Notes: generated by a model not told the origin, from the sequence alone. Shown: positions 22,280 to 35,019, numbered from the stretch's first letter. The stretch is DNA of 64,000 bases from Sulfolobales archaeon HS-7 (GCA_019704295.1 AP024596.1:704001-768000), one strand, 5' to 3'. Numbers and translations: made by a program.

Positions 22280-22488
22280 TGTTAGCCTTCGATGATATGT
22301 GTGACAGTTGTGGGAAATACACATTAGTAAAGCTATGCGATGTTAAGAAAATTAATGTCTGCACGCTCTGTTGCTTGTCTTGTTCTTATAGAAATAAGTG
22401 TAACTCAATAGTATGGTTTAGATCATTAAGAGAGAACATTATTCCAAGAAAGCAAGAAATAACCCTAGACAGGTTTATAAAGGAATGA
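22279..22488 (+). CDS. small cysteine-rich hypothetical protein
   Basis: CDSC...C...C..CC..C; overlaps both neighbours as in an operon. Confidence 0.7.
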   Translation: MLAFDDMCDSCGKYTLVKLCDVKKINVCTLCCLSCSYRNKCNSIVWFRSLRENIIPRKQEITLDRFIKE

Positions 22489-23114
22489 GACCATACGTTA
22501 TAATTTTCTCAACGATCACGCTTGATGGCCGCCTTGCTTCTAAGACTGGGTTTAGTGAACTTAGTTGCAAATGGGATAAAATGAGACAAAATAAACTGAG
22601 GGCTGAGGTAGATGCTATAGTAATAGGTGCAAATACTGTGAGGATAGATAATCCCTCACTAAAAGTAAAATGGTTTACCAACAACTCCCCCATCAGAGTG
22701 ATTGTATCGAGTAGCTTAAAACTAGACCCGAGCTTAAGGATATTTCAAATTCCCCCTAAGACAGTAGTGTACACCTCTATATCTCATGATACATCTGCTG
22801 AGAAAGAACTATCAGAGAGAGGCGTCGACGTAATAGTGATGGACGGAGTATGCAATATTATTACAGATCTATATGAAAGGTATGGGGTTAGAAGGGTTAT
22901 GATAGAAGGAGGAGGGAGATTGAACTGGAGTGTTATAAAGGAAGGTTGCGTTGACGAAATCCGTGTTACGATCAGTAATAAAATCTTTGGAAGAGGGGTG
23001 AGCTTTGCGGAGGGAGAGGGATTCGAGCGAGATGAATTTAATCGTTTCGAAATAGCTTCGTTCAAAAAGTGTGAGTGTGAAAAAGAAATTCATTTGATTT
23101 TTAAAAAAACTTAG
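22485..23114 (+). CDS. pyrimidine reductase of riboflavin biosynthesis (RibD C-terminal domain/ArfC)
   Basis: [26 protein letters not shown]. Confidence 0.9.
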   Translation: MRPYVIIFSTITLDGRLASKTGFSELSCKWDKMRQNKLRAEVDAIVIGANTVRIDNPSLKVKWFTNNSPIRVIVSSSLKLDPSLRIFQIPPKTVVYTSISHDTSAEKELSERGVDVIVMDGVCNIITDLYERYGVRRVMIEGGGRLNWSVIKEGCVDEIRVTISNKIFGRGVSFAEGEGFERDEFNRFEIASFKKCECEKEIHLIFKKT

Positions 23115-24850
23115 ATGAATGTGGAGTAGGTCTTCCTATAAAGTTCCGATGATTCAAGTCTAGTAGCATTCCTTTTATATTTCATGGCATCTCCAATTGC
23201 ATTTGGACCGAACTTTTCGGACCATTTTTCTACCGGTATCTGATAGTCCTTCAGTATTTTATCCCTATAGAGATCGTTTAATACGTTATATGTGCAGAAT
23301 GGAATTACTCTGCCGTCAGGGGATAGATAATGTATATCACACCTCATCACTCTCTCAACATCGTAATTGTATAAGTCCATGAAGTGCATATTTCCCAAAA
23401 ATAGGGTCCGATAATGCCATTGACCTAAAACGTCATAATTGTGGTTTACTATTATGTTATACAGCATTTTCCAGACGTCAAAGTCCTTTGGCCCTTTCTC
23501 TTGATCAATAAACTTCCTTATATTGTATAGGAGTTTCATCCCTACCCAATACTTATTCTTACCCTCAAACAGCTCCTCGGTTTTCTCCTTGAAGTACTCC
23601 AATAGCCCCTCTAGATCAATAAATCTTGATAACGGGATATAGTGTGGTTCATCGTTTTCCCATTCAACGAAAACATAGGAGCCTGATCCACATACGGGAT
23701 GATTAGCCATTTCAAATTGCGGTTTACCAGTTAAGGCCTCAATTATTCTAGTAAATACGACAGACGTTCCTATCGGATACCAGCTATCTTTAGTTATCTC
23801 TCCGTTAGTTTGTTCCTCAATATTCTTTATTATCTCAGGTATAGTAATTCTAAATTTAGCCCTCATGTTCCTTTTCATCATACCTGTTAAACTTACAGGT
23901 TGGAAGTTTACTGCCCTTACTATATCCATGTTCTGAGCAGCGAATTTAACTATGTTTCCTAAATCATCATCATTAACGGTCTTTATCACTGTTGGTACTA
24001 AAACAACGCTAGACATACCAGCCCTTCTGAATACCTCGAACGTATACGGTACTTCCCAGTGATTTTTAGGATTTGTTTTCCTTGTAGTTCCGTCATAACT
24101 CATATATACTGTGTTGACTCCGGCCTCACGGAGCTCCCTTGCGAACCTTACCGCTTTTTCTGGATCCTCGATATACATCTTTGCAAATGTTCCGCCCCAA
24201 CTATTCAGTTGTATGTGCTTTACTCCCTTATCCCTTAATAATTTGATTACCTTTATTATATCCTCCCTAAGAGTTGGTTCGCCTCCAGTGACCTGAATTA
24301 CCATGGTAGGTTCTCTTAACTTAAACTGGTCAATCATATACCCGATCTGCTCTAATGTAGGTTCAAACACGTATCCAGCCTTCTCCGCATAGAAGAAACA
24401 GTACCAGCATGAGAGATCACATCTATTTGTAATGACAAGGTTCACGAGAGCTGTATGCTGATGATGCATGGGGCATAGGCCACAGTTAAAGGGACACGGC
24501 GATTTTAAGTCTACATAGGGGATCTTCGGTCCTCTTCCCTCATATTCCCAGTAATCGAACTTGTAATACATTCCTACATCTCCATAGTAGAGATCCTCAA
24601 ATTCTCCATGATCAGGACAGATTTTCCTTATATAGAGCCTTTCATCTTTCTCGAATATAGCCGCAGGAAGGAGTCTATAACAAGCTGGACAGAGGGATTC
24701 CGTTACCCTTACAAGTTTTTCGCTATCTGAAAGCTTAGGTAGTGGTCCACCTACTTTAATTTCCTTATCCCCAAATATTACTTTTCCATCTTCATATCTT
24801 GAAGGTGCAGGTAACAGCCTAAATTTCTCTTCCGTTGTTGTTTGAGCCAA
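23111..24850 (-). CDS. tes: radical SAM tetraether lipid synthase (Tes/GDGT-MAS)
   Basis: [28 protein letters not shown] and RCDIHY...IPFC; TTG 24850 preferred start. Confidence 0.88.
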   Translation of the reverse strand: MAQTTTEEKFRLLPAPSRYEDGKVIFGDKEIKVGGPLPKLSDSEKLVRVTESLCPACYRLLPAAIFEKDERLYIRKICPDHGEFEDLYYGDVGMYYKFDYWEYEGRGPKIPYVDLKSPCPFNCGLCPMHHQHTALVNLVITNRCDLSCWYCFFYAEKAGYVFEPTLEQIGYMIDQFKLREPTMVIQVTGGEPTLREDIIKVIKLLRDKGVKHIQLNSWGGTFAKMYIEDPEKAVRFARELREAGVNTVYMSYDGTTRKTNPKNHWEVPYTFEVFRRAGMSSVVLVPTVIKTVNDDDLGNIVKFAAQNMDIVRAVNFQPVSLTGMMKRNMRAKFRITIPEIIKNIEEQTNGEITKDSWYPIGTSVVFTRIIEALTGKPQFEMANHPVCGSGSYVFVEWENDEPHYIPLSRFIDLEGLLEYFKEKTEELFEGKNKYWVGMKLLYNIRKFIDQEKGPKDFDVWKMLYNIIVNHNYDVLGQWHYRTLFLGNMHFMDLYNYDVERVMRCDIHYLSPDGRVIPFCTYNVLNDLYRDKILKDYQIPVEKWSEKFGPNAIGDAMKYKRNATRLESSELYRKTYSTFI

Positions 24851-24945
24851 TTTGACCTGTTCATATACTAAGCATATCCCTATATTTAAGGACATTCTCC
24901 CAAGTACTATAATTTAGGTCAACTGTTAATTATAGAGTAGTGAAT

Positions 24946-25881
24946 TTAATAAAATCCCTTAAAGTTATCCCATCCATGAATTTCAATTTCACGATTTCCA
25001 TATATTATAACTGGACTGGCCATAACACTACCAATTACTACCGGATTCATACCTAGGAATCTCATGTATTCTATGATGTTATTTGCGTGGTAGGGGTTAA
25101 TAAATAACAAAGCTTGAAACTCCTCTCCGGAGAACTTAAGAATTTCATCCTCTGTTATTCCTATCTCGTGTGATAAAGTAAGTACGCGCCTATTATAAGG
25201 TAAATTGATTATATTAGCTCCTAACCCATTTGCGAGGAGCACATTAGCTAATGAAATAAGCAATCCATCGCTTATGTCCGTCGACGATGAAATTTTCTCA
25301 CAATAATTAGCGAACACTTTATTTATCTCTTTAGGGAATACCGGATGTTTTACATATAATGATGAAAGTTTGGAGAAAGTGAAATCGGGTATATTCCTGA
25401 AAAAGGATAAAAATACCTCTGTAGTATATCCGATCTCGTTTGATATAATTATCATATCACCGGGTCTTATCTCACTGAGCTCCTTGTAACAAATATTCTC
25501 ACCAACTACTGCAATATCTACCCAACCATCTCCCGAGGAACCATTAATATCTCCTCCAACATACTTGCTGCCGTAAAACTTGCTAGCGTCATTTATTCCT
25601 TCAACTAGTTTCAACACATCCTCTACAGTACCTTGATTTATACCAAACGATCCCAGCAAATATCTAGGAGATCCCCCTCGAGAGAAAATGTCACTAACTG
25701 CCGCTGTGACTGCCTTCCATCCTATATCGTAGTACGTCATAAAAGGAAATTTGTATTCTAACGAGAAACCATCGATCTTGAATAGCATGTTACCATCAAA
25801 ATAGACGTCGTCGTGTTTCAGACTAAGTTGAGATAAAACTTTCTCAATTACCTGCTTTTCGCCAATTTCCTTTAACGACAA
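24946..25881 (-). CDS. thiL: thiamine-monophosphate kinase
   Basis: IGEKQVI, IGWKAV...SDI, VGGD, DISDGL, SGEEF. Confidence 0.9.
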   Translation of the reverse strand: MSLKEIGEKQVIEKVLSQLSLKHDDVYFDGNMLFKIDGFSLEYKFPFMTYYDIGWKAVTAAVSDIFSRGGSPRYLLGSFGINQGTVEDVLKLVEGINDASKFYGSKYVGGDINGSSGDGWVDIAVVGENICYKELSEIRPGDMIIISNEIGYTTEVFLSFFRNIPDFTFSKLSSLYVKHPVFPKEINKVFANYCEKISSSTDISDGLLISLANVLLANGLGANIINLPYNRRVLTLSHEIGITEDEILKFSGEEFQALLFINPYHANNIIEYMRFLGMNPVVIGSVMASPVIIYGNREIEIHGWDNFKGFY

Positions 25882-26333
25882 AGTTGACTCTACTTCATAA
25901 TTAGTTATACCTAGTTCTTAACCTTTTACGTAGTATGATAATCTTCTTGATAATTTAAATAGTAATACAATATTAATAATTTACTCAACGAATTATATGT
26001 AAAGTCCTTTTCCCAACCTTCACTTACCATATCGCAAGGATTATAGGTTTAATCTACAGTTCTTCCTGATATATTCTCTGAGAATTACGTGATAGATTAG
26101 GGTTCCTACCATGCTCTTTGGTTAGACGTGATATTACGAGCAACTAATTAGTCGAATTATTTATATAAAACAATATTAATCAGGTCCGGGTAGTGTGGAC
26201 TTGACTAAGTATCGGTGGTCGACTTCCCTGAGCATGAAGCTTGTCGGTGAGCATCCCTCATTTAAGTTTGGACGAGAACATAAGCCAGTATAATAGGTAA
26301 AAAGTAACCCTGTACATTTTAAGGACATTAACG

Positions 26334-26408
26334 TGGGCCCGCTGGGATTTGAACCCAGGGCCTTCGCCGTGTGAGGGCGACGTCCTTACCAGGCTAGACG
26401 ACGGGCCC
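26334..26408 (-). tRNA. tRNA-Val(CAC)
   Basis: GGGCCCG...TCGCC-CTCACAC-GGCGA...TTCAAAT...CGGGCCC-A. Confidence 0.96.
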
Positions 26409-26500
26409 ATTTAACGTTACTAATAATTCATTCTTACTCTAAAGATCTTTATTAACTTTTTCGGTTAGAGTAGTAGTGAGAGCTTCAGGCTCACTATGAC

Positions 26501-27469
26501 TTACATAACTATTCCCGGTTTTAGATTGTCAAGACTATACAACTTAATATAGTCGTCGGCACCAGCTACTCTAAATACCTTTTCTGCTACCACGTCAATA
26601 ATTTCCTTACTCCTTGCGTGAATCATGCAGTAGCATAAATAGTCCCACGGTTTATTAGATTCTCTTAAGACAACATGGGTTGCTTCTTTGACGTTTTTCG
26701 CAATCCTGTAGCAAGCCTCTTCTAAATCTTTTGCTTTAATTAAAACCATTGCGTTTTCCGTTATGCCTACCTTTTCCCCATTCAGGGTGGCCCCGTAGTC
26801 CTTTATAACCCCCTTTTTCTTAAGTTCGGAAATCATATCTATTATTTCCGTTTCAGTTATACCAAATTTCGATGCTAGATTTATGAAAGGTCTAGGACCC
26901 AAAGGAAGAGGAAGAGAGAGGTATTTCAAAAACTCATTACTTATTCCAAGTTCGTTTGCGGTTGGGATCTCCTCTGGTAAATCTTCATATTCTCCCCAGG
27001 AGACACCTTTAAAAATATCATATTTTACTACCAATTTCAGATTTTTCTTAGAGTAGAGAATGACATAATCATGGGCTTCCGAGGTTTCCATTAACTCCTT
27101 TATCTTATCATCTAACTCCTCTTTACTTTTTGCTTTTATTACAAACCATATATTATACTCTGGATGATCCCTAACGAAGTTATGTGTTATCTCCCTAATT
27201 CCAAGTGCTTTCCTTCTAAACGATTCGATCTTTTCAGGTCCTAACTTGGCTGCGACAAGGGCAGCAGTCATACCTTTTGATCTGTAATTAATGTACATTC
27301 CTACCCTTTTTACTACTTCATGATCTACGTAATACTTTATTCTATTTACAACGTCTTTTTCCGATAGACCTATTTTTTCAGAGATTAAAAGATAAGGCCT
27401 TTCGTGTAGAGGAAAATGATATTGTAATTCCATTAGGAGCTCCTTGTCTTCGACAGTAAAATACAACAT
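26501..27469 (-). CDS. fused siroheme decarboxylase AhbA-AhbB (NirDL/GH-like, Lrp fold)
   Basis: Two repeats: FPL.ERPY..THNFVRDH..YNIWF and LPL.PRPF..THVVLR..W.Y..YCMIH. Confidence 0.82.
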   Translation of the reverse strand: MLYFTVEDKELLMELQYHFPLHERPYLLISEKIGLSEKDVVNRIKYYVDHEVVKRVGMYINYRSKGMTAALVAAKLGPEKIESFRRKALGIREITHNFVRDHPEYNIWFVIKAKSKEELDDKIKELMETSEAHDYVILYSKKNLKLVVKYDIFKGVSWGEYEDLPEEIPTANELGISNEFLKYLSLPLPLGPRPFINLASKFGITETEIIDMISELKKKGVIKDYGATLNGEKVGITENAMVLIKAKDLEEACYRIAKNVKEATHVVLRESNKPWDYLCYCMIHARSKEIIDVVAEKVFRVAGADDYIKLYSLDNLKPGIVM

Positions 27470-27710
27470 ATATAGTACCTCTAAACACGGCAAATAAATT
27501 GTTTGCAAGAACTTTTCGCCTTATTTCAAGCATAATGTTCAACTTATCAACTTAGAATTATAATATAATTTATTTATAATAAAAAAATATACATTATTCC
27601 ATCAAAATACCAATAACTTCCTTGTCCAACATTTATTGTTAATAAACAACTCTTACTCCATAAAATACCTATTTGTTTCCTTGTTTATGATGAATTAGGT
27701 TCATTTTATC

Positions 27711-27872
27711 CTATTTCCATGGTTCTTTCATTATTACAATCTTTACAGCATTCTCCTTCTCGTCATACGACACTTTTACGAGATCCCCTTCCTTTATCTG
27801 AAACTTCTGTCTTATCTTGGCAGGTATAGTTACCTGATAGTTACGTGATACCTTAACTACTTCCTCTGTCAT
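27711..27872 (-). CDS. Sso7c4-like AbrB-fold DNA-binding protein
   Basis: Manual translation MTEEVVKVSRNYQVTIPAKIRQKFQIKEGDLVKVSYDEKENAVKIVIMKEPWK; below the ORF-track length cutoff. Confidence 0.92.
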   Translation of the reverse strand: MTEEVVKVSRNYQVTIPAKIRQKFQIKEGDLVKVSYDEKENAVKIVIMKEPWK

Positions 27873-28293
27873 ATTAATCCCAAAAATAATATAGCATTTG
27901 GGTTTAAGAACTTTTATAATAAATAGTAATTCTTTGTTTTCTACTGAGTAATGTTTTAAGTATTTAATTGATAAGAATTCATTGATCTAATACATAACTA
28001 GACGATTATATTCAGTATTAGGGAATATGTTATGTAGAATATAACCAGTTGTGAATAGCAAAACAGCCATTGAAAATGCGAGAAAGAATCCTTCAATCAA
28101 ATTCGAACAACCATTAACAAGAGTTCATCATGATGGATATTATTCGTTGTAGAGATTCTGGAATTTTGATAGAAATACTCGATACGACTCTACAAAATTA
28201 CTGAATTATTTTAATATTCAGGTGTAAATAAGTTAGGCGTTGCTGCACGTTTATCGAAAAAGTTAATATTTATTACAGTTTCTTTTACTTTCT

Positions 28294-29535
28294 ATGGAAT
28301 ACAGAGTAAAAAATATTGGACTTGCAAAAGACGGCTGGAATAAAATAAGATGGGCGGAGTCTCATATGCCCGTACTAATGAAGATAAAGGAAGCTAATCA
28401 AAAAAGGAGACCGCTGACCGGTGTCAGAATATCTGCAGTACTTCATGTAACTAAGGAGACTGCTGCACTAGTAAGAACTTTAAGGGATTTAGGTGCAGAC
28501 GTTTGGCTTGCAGGCAGTAATCCATTATCGACGCAAGACGATGTGGCAGCTGCTTTAGCTGAAGACGGTATACATGTATATGCGTGGAGAGGCGAGAATG
28601 AAAGCGAATATTATAGCAATATAGACATAATAGTTAATGCAAATCCAAACGTAGTAATGGACGATGGAGGAGATTTACATGCGTTACTTCATGAGAAGTA
28701 TTCGAATATAAGAATTAAGGGTGGTACAGAGGAGACAACGACAGGTGTTGTTAGACTAAAGGCGATGGAGGAGTCCGGGGTATTAAGATATCCTGTAATA
28801 GCGGTAAATAACGCATTTACTAAGTATCTATTTGATAATCGAATAGGGACAGGTCAAAGTGCAATAGACGGGATTCTTCGTTCTACAAACATTCTCCTAG
28901 CTGGAAAAATAGCTGTTGTCGTAGGTTACGGATGGGTAGGAAGAGGAATAGCGACTAAGCTAAAAGGACTTGGAGCCAGAACAATAGTAGTTGAGGCGAA
29001 CCCCTTCAGAGCTTTAGAAGCTGTAATGGATGGCTTTGATGTTTTACCAATGGATAAAGCTAGCAAAATTGGAGATCTGTTCGTTACCGCAACTGGTAAC
29101 ATTAACGTAATAGATGTAGAACATTTTAGGAATATGAAGGATGGCGCAGTATTAGCTAATGCAGGTCACTTCAATGTAGAAATAGATGTAAAAGGATTGA
29201 AGGAGATGAGCAAACAGGTTTCAGTTATCAGAGAGAATTTAGAGGAATATATGCTAGAAAATGGAAAACGAATATATCTTCTAGCTGATGGACGACTTGT
29301 AAATCTAGTTGGAGCTGAAGGTCATCCGAGTGAAGTGATGGACTTAAGTTTCTCCAATCAGGCATTGAGTGTTATCTATCTTACGAATAATAGTCTCTCC
29401 AATAAGGTTATCAATGTTCCAGAGGAAATAGATGAGCAAGTTGCTCTCCTCAAACTAGAGAGTATGGGTATAGAGATAAATAAAATGACTAAAGAACAAT
29501 TAAATTATATCAAACAATGGAAATATGGTACTTAA
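28294..29535 (+). CDS. ahcY: adenosylhomocysteinase
   Basis: [33 protein letters not shown]. Confidence 0.97.
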   Translation: MEYRVKNIGLAKDGWNKIRWAESHMPVLMKIKEANQKRRPLTGVRISAVLHVTKETAALVRTLRDLGADVWLAGSNPLSTQDDVAAALAEDGIHVYAWRGENESEYYSNIDIIVNANPNVVMDDGGDLHALLHEKYSNIRIKGGTEETTTGVVRLKAMEESGVLRYPVIAVNNAFTKYLFDNRIGTGQSAIDGILRSTNILLAGKIAVVVGYGWVGRGIATKLKGLGARTIVVEANPFRALEAVMDGFDVLPMDKASKIGDLFVTATGNINVIDVEHFRNMKDGAVLANAGHFNVEIDVKGLKEMSKQVSVIRENLEEYMLENGKRIYLLADGRLVNLVGAEGHPSEVMDLSFSNQALSVIYLTNNSLSNKVINVPEEIDEQVALLKLESMGIEINKMTKEQLNYIKQWKYGT

Positions 29536-29626
29536 TGGATTTCCCTTTCATGAATAAATAGTAGATTTATTTCAACTAGCTATTCACCCTTATCGTTAGA
29601 TTCAGCACTTCGCCTTCATGGGGAGT

Positions 29627-29938
29627 TCATGTGGACACTTTATCGCTCCCTACGACTTCATTAAATACCTCTAAATGGGTATAAAAATACTTTGAAGGTC
29701 TATATAATGCGCCATATCCATCACCCTCCTTCACAACGATTTTATGTTTAAGTAAAACGTCTAAGTGATAAGTAACTGTTTTATAATCTAATCCAGTGTT
29801 TTTAGTAAGTTGATGGGCATTAAGTGGAGAGTTGATCAAAAGCGATATTATTTTCGCTCTAGTAGTTCCTCCTCTCGAGGCTAGGAAGAGGAGTTTCATT
29901 AGTTTCTTGGCTTCTCTCATCTCCTTGCTGCTGTTCAT
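29627..29938 (-). CDS. ArsR-type wHTH regulator
   Basis: SRGG.TR.KI, DYKTV.YHL.VL, YGALY. Confidence 0.85.
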   Translation of the reverse strand: MNSSKEMREAKKLMKLLFLASRGGTTRAKIISLLINSPLNAHQLTKNTGLDYKTVTYHLDVLLKHKIVVKEGDGYGALYRPSKYFYTHLEVFNEVVGSDKVST

Positions 29939-30017
29939 TCAGATAACGATATGGATAACGTGATTAAAATATCATTCCCTTTTATGAAACATAGTAGAAA
30001 ATAAATTATTTATGAAA

Positions 30018-30914
30018 TCAAAAGTTTAAATCCTTTTTAGTTTTTCTATACAGGGCTTTAACTACCCCATATGGAGAGGATATTGCCAGGGAGAGACCTG
30101 GTATAAGATTATAGAACATTTCTCTACCACTCTTATAATAATATAAACCAGTTGCTATTATAGGCAAATATAATAGGAATAACGGATAATATACTATTCC
30201 TATTATAGCCGTTATGTAATACCCCCAATAATATGCATAGCTTGTAAGCATTGCACGAGGAGCTAATCCATCAAACAATAACTGTGCATCGTAAACACTT
30301 CGTCTAAAATTTCTTTTGGCTTCGGCAAGCGACTTGCGTAAACTGTCCCTTTTATGAGAAAGATTAAGATGTAAACATCTATAGTTAATCGGTTTAGCCT
30401 TATAACCCGCCTTCAATAGTTTAGCGTAAATCCAAATATCTTCATCGCGTTCATACCTCTCATCAAACATTCCAATTTCCTTAACGGCTTTAACCCGTAG
30501 TGATGCACAACCCAAGTTAGGATTATTTTCTAATGTTGAAGTAGGCTTTAAGAGATCCTTTTCCGTATAGGCATAATGCATCCACGTCATATCAAGTTTC
30601 TCTTCTTTCGCGGTTTTAACTAATTTTTGGGGACCGTCTGATGGCATAACTACGTCGCTATCGACTAGGACTGGATATTCAGTAATTGCCAGTGATAACA
30701 TCTTATTTCGTAGCAAGGCCATATTAACTTTAGGTAAGCGCTTATCTATAACATGTTCCACGTTATAATTATTAACTAGCTTAGTTAGGTCCTCTCTTTC
30801 TGAGTTATTGTAAACAGTAATCTTCGAATTAGTTTTTATAACTGAGTCGAGACATCTCTTAACCCAGTCGTATTTATCGTTAGGACCTATTGGAACAATA
30901 ACTTGTAGCTCCAC
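30018..30914 (-). CDS. GT2-family glycosyltransferase with C-terminal membrane segments
   Basis: VIVP, RN, VDSD, GMFDE..ED. Confidence 0.85.
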   Translation of the reverse strand: MELQVIVPIGPNDKYDWVKRCLDSVIKTNSKITVYNNSEREDLTKLVNNYNVEHVIDKRLPKVNMALLRNKMLSLAITEYPVLVDSDVVMPSDGPQKLVKTAKEEKLDMTWMHYAYTEKDLLKPTSTLENNPNLGCASLRVKAVKEIGMFDERYERDEDIWIYAKLLKAGYKAKPINYRCLHLNLSHKRDSLRKSLAEAKRNFRRSVYDAQLLFDGLAPRAMLTSYAYYWGYYITAIIGIVYYPLFLLYLPIIATGLYYYKSGREMFYNLIPGLSLAISSPYGVVKALYRKTKKDLNF

Positions 30915-31370
30915 TATTGTTAATTAGATACTAGCATTAAAAGGATATAAGGATATGAACCCGCAAAACAAAAATTATATCGTATATAATCGATAAAAAC
31001 TATAATATTATATTATCTCTTGGAAAGTAGGATCAGTTTAAAGTGTACGTAATACTTTATGCAAGAGTCGATAACCACGCCCTTACTAATTTCTGCATAA
31101 TAAATCCGTCTTAATGAATAAGTAAAGGGTTTTACATGGAATTAAGATATCCATCATTGAAGATATTTTATAGGAGCCTATGGTCCGTAAGAGCTAGAGT
31201 CAGGGATACCTCATCCGTTCTCCCTTAGCGATTATAAGTATAGTTTTTATAATTTTTATTTAAATATTAAGGGAGTCGTAACTTGTAGAAAGATTCTCCC
31301 TCTCTTGATCCCTTGATTAAAATAATACGGAGCTGTTAGAACTGTGTATGTGGCCTTTCTTGAACGCCTT

Positions 31371-31659
31371 ATAAAAACAGCGAAGTTTTATCCGGAGTTT
31401 GGGCTTCATAGGATTTCATGACGTTTCATCTCAATCCTCAGCTCTCGGATTTAATTAAAGTTATGGGGGGATTGCCCGGTTCATCCTTCTTCGTCCCTTT
31501 AGTAGATTCCCACACCTGCTCATGTGGGGAAAACCCGCCATTTTGTGCCCTGTTACCTTTCGGGAAAGGTTGTCTAAATCTGGTAAAAAGACTTATAAAA
31601 TATATTTTATATATATATAAGGTATATATACTTTACTATTTATCTGAAACTATTGACAA
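31371..31659 (-). mobile_element. MITE family A copy 2 (most complete)
   Basis: Reverse complement aligns with 428-695; its right end carries an inverted copy of AAACAGCGAAGTTT. Confidence 0.7.
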
Positions 31660-31698
31660 TGGCAAGTAACTACGCCAAGAACTGTATCTCATTGGAAA

Positions 31699-31986
31699 CT
31701 ATTGTTCCGACGAGAGAAAGTTAATTATTAAAAGGTAGACATTTTCTATTCCTATTTTTGGAACAAATTTCTCAAATATATCAAGAACACATGAGTAAAA
31801 TTCTTTATTTTCCCTTACAGTATCGGCGTGTTCTGCATAAATGGCTAATATGCTAGCCCTTATGCTCTTATTCTCATCTTCTACTGTATCTCTTATCTCA
31901 TTAAGGATAAGTACATCTCTTTCATTAAGTTTGTAGCCACTTCTTTTCAGTTTAAGGAATTCGGGGGAATTCAATATACTGCTCAA
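31699..31986 (-). CDS. hypothetical protein
   Basis: 95-aa ORF coupled to the pyrH stop. Confidence 0.6.
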   Translation of the reverse strand: MSSILNSPEFLKLKRSGYKLNERDVLILNEIRDTVEDENKSIRASILAIYAEHADTVRENKEFYSCVLDIFEKFVPKIGIENVYLLIINFLSSEQ

Positions 31987-32696
31987 TAACTGCTCACCAA
32001 AATCTCAGAGCCTATTTTTAACTTTCCTCTAACCAGAAAGGGAATTTTGTCTATATCGTTAAAATGAATCACGAATGTCTTTATTCTGGCTCTTTTAATT
32101 ATTTTTATCGCTAAGGGATCAATGAGTTCATAAGTGCCCGCGTTCACCCCTTGCACATTCGATAATATTTTTTCAAGCTCTTTCACGTTAACAGACGAGA
32201 GAATCTTTGCGTCGTTGTTCTTACTAGGATCTTTATCGTAAATTCCGTCTACATTGGTACAATCGATAAGGTATTCAGACCGTGTGGACTCAGCAATTAG
32301 CGCAGCTACTCCTGACGTAGACTGACCTGGTTGAAGACCACCAATAACTATCACTTTATTATTTTTATTAGAAAATGCTTGCAAGAAATCCTCCATATCG
32401 GTAGGAACTAATGGATAAGTGTCATCATTCAGTAAATAGGATAGTAATACAGCATTTAACCTTGATGCGTATATCCCTATTATATCGAGTGAGAACTCGT
32501 TTAGATTTAGTTTCCTGCCTATACTTATGTAATTTCTGGCTATCTCGCCCCCTCCCACAACAAGGAAAATTCTATGACCCTCGCTAGTTAGGGAAAATAT
32601 CATGTCTCTTAATCTCGTAACGTAGTCCTCTGGGTTGCGATTATATAATAATTGGTCAAAAAACTTTCCGGAAATCTTTATTGTGATGTTCATCAA
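31983..32696 (-). CDS. pyrH: uridylate kinase
   Basis: IKISG, VVGGG, GGLQPGQST, NVDGIYDKDP, AGTYELID. Confidence 0.95.
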   Translation of the reverse strand: MMNITIKISGKFFDQLLYNRNPEDYVTRLRDMIFSLTSEGHRIFLVVGGGEIARNYISIGRKLNLNEFSLDIIGIYASRLNAVLLSYLLNDDTYPLVPTDMEDFLQAFSNKNNKVIVIGGLQPGQSTSGVAALIAESTRSEYLIDCTNVDGIYDKDPSKNNDAKILSSVNVKELEKILSNVQGVNAGTYELIDPLAIKIIKRARIKTFVIHFNDIDKIPFLVRGKLKIGSEILVSSY

Positions 32697-32736
32697 GAGA
32701 TACCCATATTATATTTTATCTTTTATGTCCTTTTAT

Positions 32737-32916
32737 TTAAACTGGATAGTCGTCTGGAAGTCTATGTCTAAAGTATTTCCCAGACTCAGGGTCTTTAAAA
32801 AGACCTATCTTAACCCCCTTTCTTCCTTTTGGAGCTAATAACCATGTCTTTTCAGGAGATAAAGAAACCTCCTTCCCAGCGGGTGTTTTAACCTTTACAG
32901 TTTTTCTATCTGGCAT
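32737..32916 (-). CDS. creN7: chromatin protein Cren7
   Basis: Manual translation [59 protein letters not shown]. Confidence 0.96.
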   Translation of the reverse strand: MPDRKTVKVKTPAGKEVSLSPEKTWLLAPKGRKGVKIGLFKDPESGKYFRHRLPDDYPV

Positions 32917-33616
32917 TATATGTCAATACCAATATTCCCCTTACTATTTTATAAACCTTTCCATATGGTATTGTATGTTAAAAATAATATCATTTATAAG
33001 TATAATTATATATCATGTATATAATTTAATAATAGACTAATAATAGTTACCGACTGTTCCCTCATAGTTTTTCATTACAAATTTCTTATAAGTAGAAGGA
33101 GATATTTCCATCACTATTTAACTGTTTCGAAAGTCTACTTTTACCTGCACTTAACCAAGTTAATTATCTGAACTGGTAGTACTTCCATTGTGAGGCGTAT
33201 AAGAGTATGCCAGATGCAGATAATTCAGTTTATTTATCTTATTACTTAGAAAAACTTAAAAACATCCATTATTATTAATTCAAGGAATACTGACAATTCA
33301 GGTCCTCATAGTAAGTTTTAATAGTTTTATCTAACGAATATAATATTCAATTTAATTATCACTGTTACTCCACGCTATGTACGGGTTAGTCCAATTAGTT
33401 TATTTTGAATTATTTAAACGAAATGAATTCGCGAAGGCGTTCAGCAGTATATCTATGCGGAATTTCAAGAATAGTGATAGCTAGCGAGATCGGGCCTTTC
33501 ACCCGTTCATTGCAAATTCAGTTTGTTTAGAAAAATAGAATGAATTCGATTGAATACTATCGTATGTATTGGTAAGGATTCACACTTAATAATTTCCTTT
33601 ATTTAATACTTATTTA

Positions 33617-35019
33617 CAGTCTTGTTTCGCCAAAAAATCTCATGATTGTAAGATATTATTAGAGTAATTAGTGTATAAAAATATAGGATTAAGTTAACTC
33701 AAGATGCGTAGCAATATGATATGTTTAGTAAAAATCTGGTATATTTTGCAAGTTAATAGTAACAAACACAAGAAGTTCTGAATTTATTTTACGTGTTCAA
33801 AACGAGGTACATAGTCCACCCTCTAGCTTGAAAACGCCTAGAGGAGATTGACGAACTGGTCAAACGCGAGGGGCTTCTCTCCCGGTGCTTTGAAGTTAAA
33901 CGAGAGGAAGAGGTACAAGTTCCAGGAAGTGTCGAGGAGCGCGTAGATCAGGTAGAGGTAGAGCTTGTTGCGCAACCTCCTTATGAGTTCTATCCTCGCT
34001 TTCCTCGTCTTGAACCCCTCCTCTATACCTCAACCTGTAGGTCTCGGCCAACTCGTAGGGATCTCCCTCAACGTTTGAGACGAAAACGAAGTGCGTTGGT
34101 TTCCCCTTGTGCTTCACGTAAATCACGTCGTAATAGTAGAGTCCCTTGTACTCTAACTTTCTGTGGGCAACGTAAGTTCTGTCCTCAACCGTGTAGTACT
34201 TCACGGTAAGGGACTGAGCAAAGAGTTCCTTGACTCCCTTTAAGTTAGTTTTCCCTCTGATCACGGCCTTTGCGGGTAACTCCTTGAGGATCTCGAGGTT
34301 GAGGAATCCAGCGTCGGCAACAACGTAACTCAAGCTGTCGCGCTGTACAGCCTTGTTGACGAACTCTTCAAGGAACTCGGAGGGCTTTTGATCCCCTTTA
34401 ACCGCGAATTGGGTAACCACGTTACATCTCACGGGAGACAAGAGATCTGCGGATCTAACCTTGGCCTTTCCCGAGAAGAGTTTGTCCCCCACTCTCTCTG
34501 CTTCCTTCTCTCCCACCCTCAGGAAGGTCTCGTCAAATCCCAGCACGATGTTCTCATTCGCGAAAATTGTACACAGCTCCCAGAACTCGAAGGTTTTACC
34601 CAAGAGTTCCCCTAGCTTTTTCCCTTGTCTTACAAGGGAAATGTAATCCTTTCCTCTATTCCCCAAGAGGAGAGATTTACTCCTCTTGATAACGTCGCGG
34701 GGATTAGAGGAAATCTTCTTAAACGCTTCCTCTACTAATTCATTAGCGAGGGACTTATACCTTGGCTTTGGTTTCCGCATATCAAAATCTGGGAAGTCCC
34801 TCGCTTAAACTTTAACGTCCTCATTTCTACCCACTTGATAATACTATACACAAGGTATTACTATACGTGTAAAAACTAGGTTACACACCTTCTACTGAGA
34901 TAAAAGTCGATCTTTTCTCAACTTTTACGGAAATTTAGCTAATTTCGACTCTTCAGAACGAGATTTTCCCTTGTTTTAGAAATTGTATCATTTTTAGTAA
35001 AATTGGCGAAACAAGACTG
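33617..35019 (-). mobile_element. ISH3/IS4-like insertion sequence, 1403 bp
   Basis: Terminal inverted repeats CAGTCTTGTTTCGCCAA / TTGGCGAAACAAGACTG enclosing a DDE transposase. Confidence 0.88.
33838..34780 (-). pseudogene. frameshifted DDE transposase
   Basis: GFDET and VADAGF; the Y..R..IEE.FK motif is split by a frameshift near 34027. Confidence 0.85.

Noticed and set aside
26501-27469. Tandem Lrp-like protein as a novel regulator
   Set aside because: The motifs fit the fused AhbAB siroheme decarboxylase.
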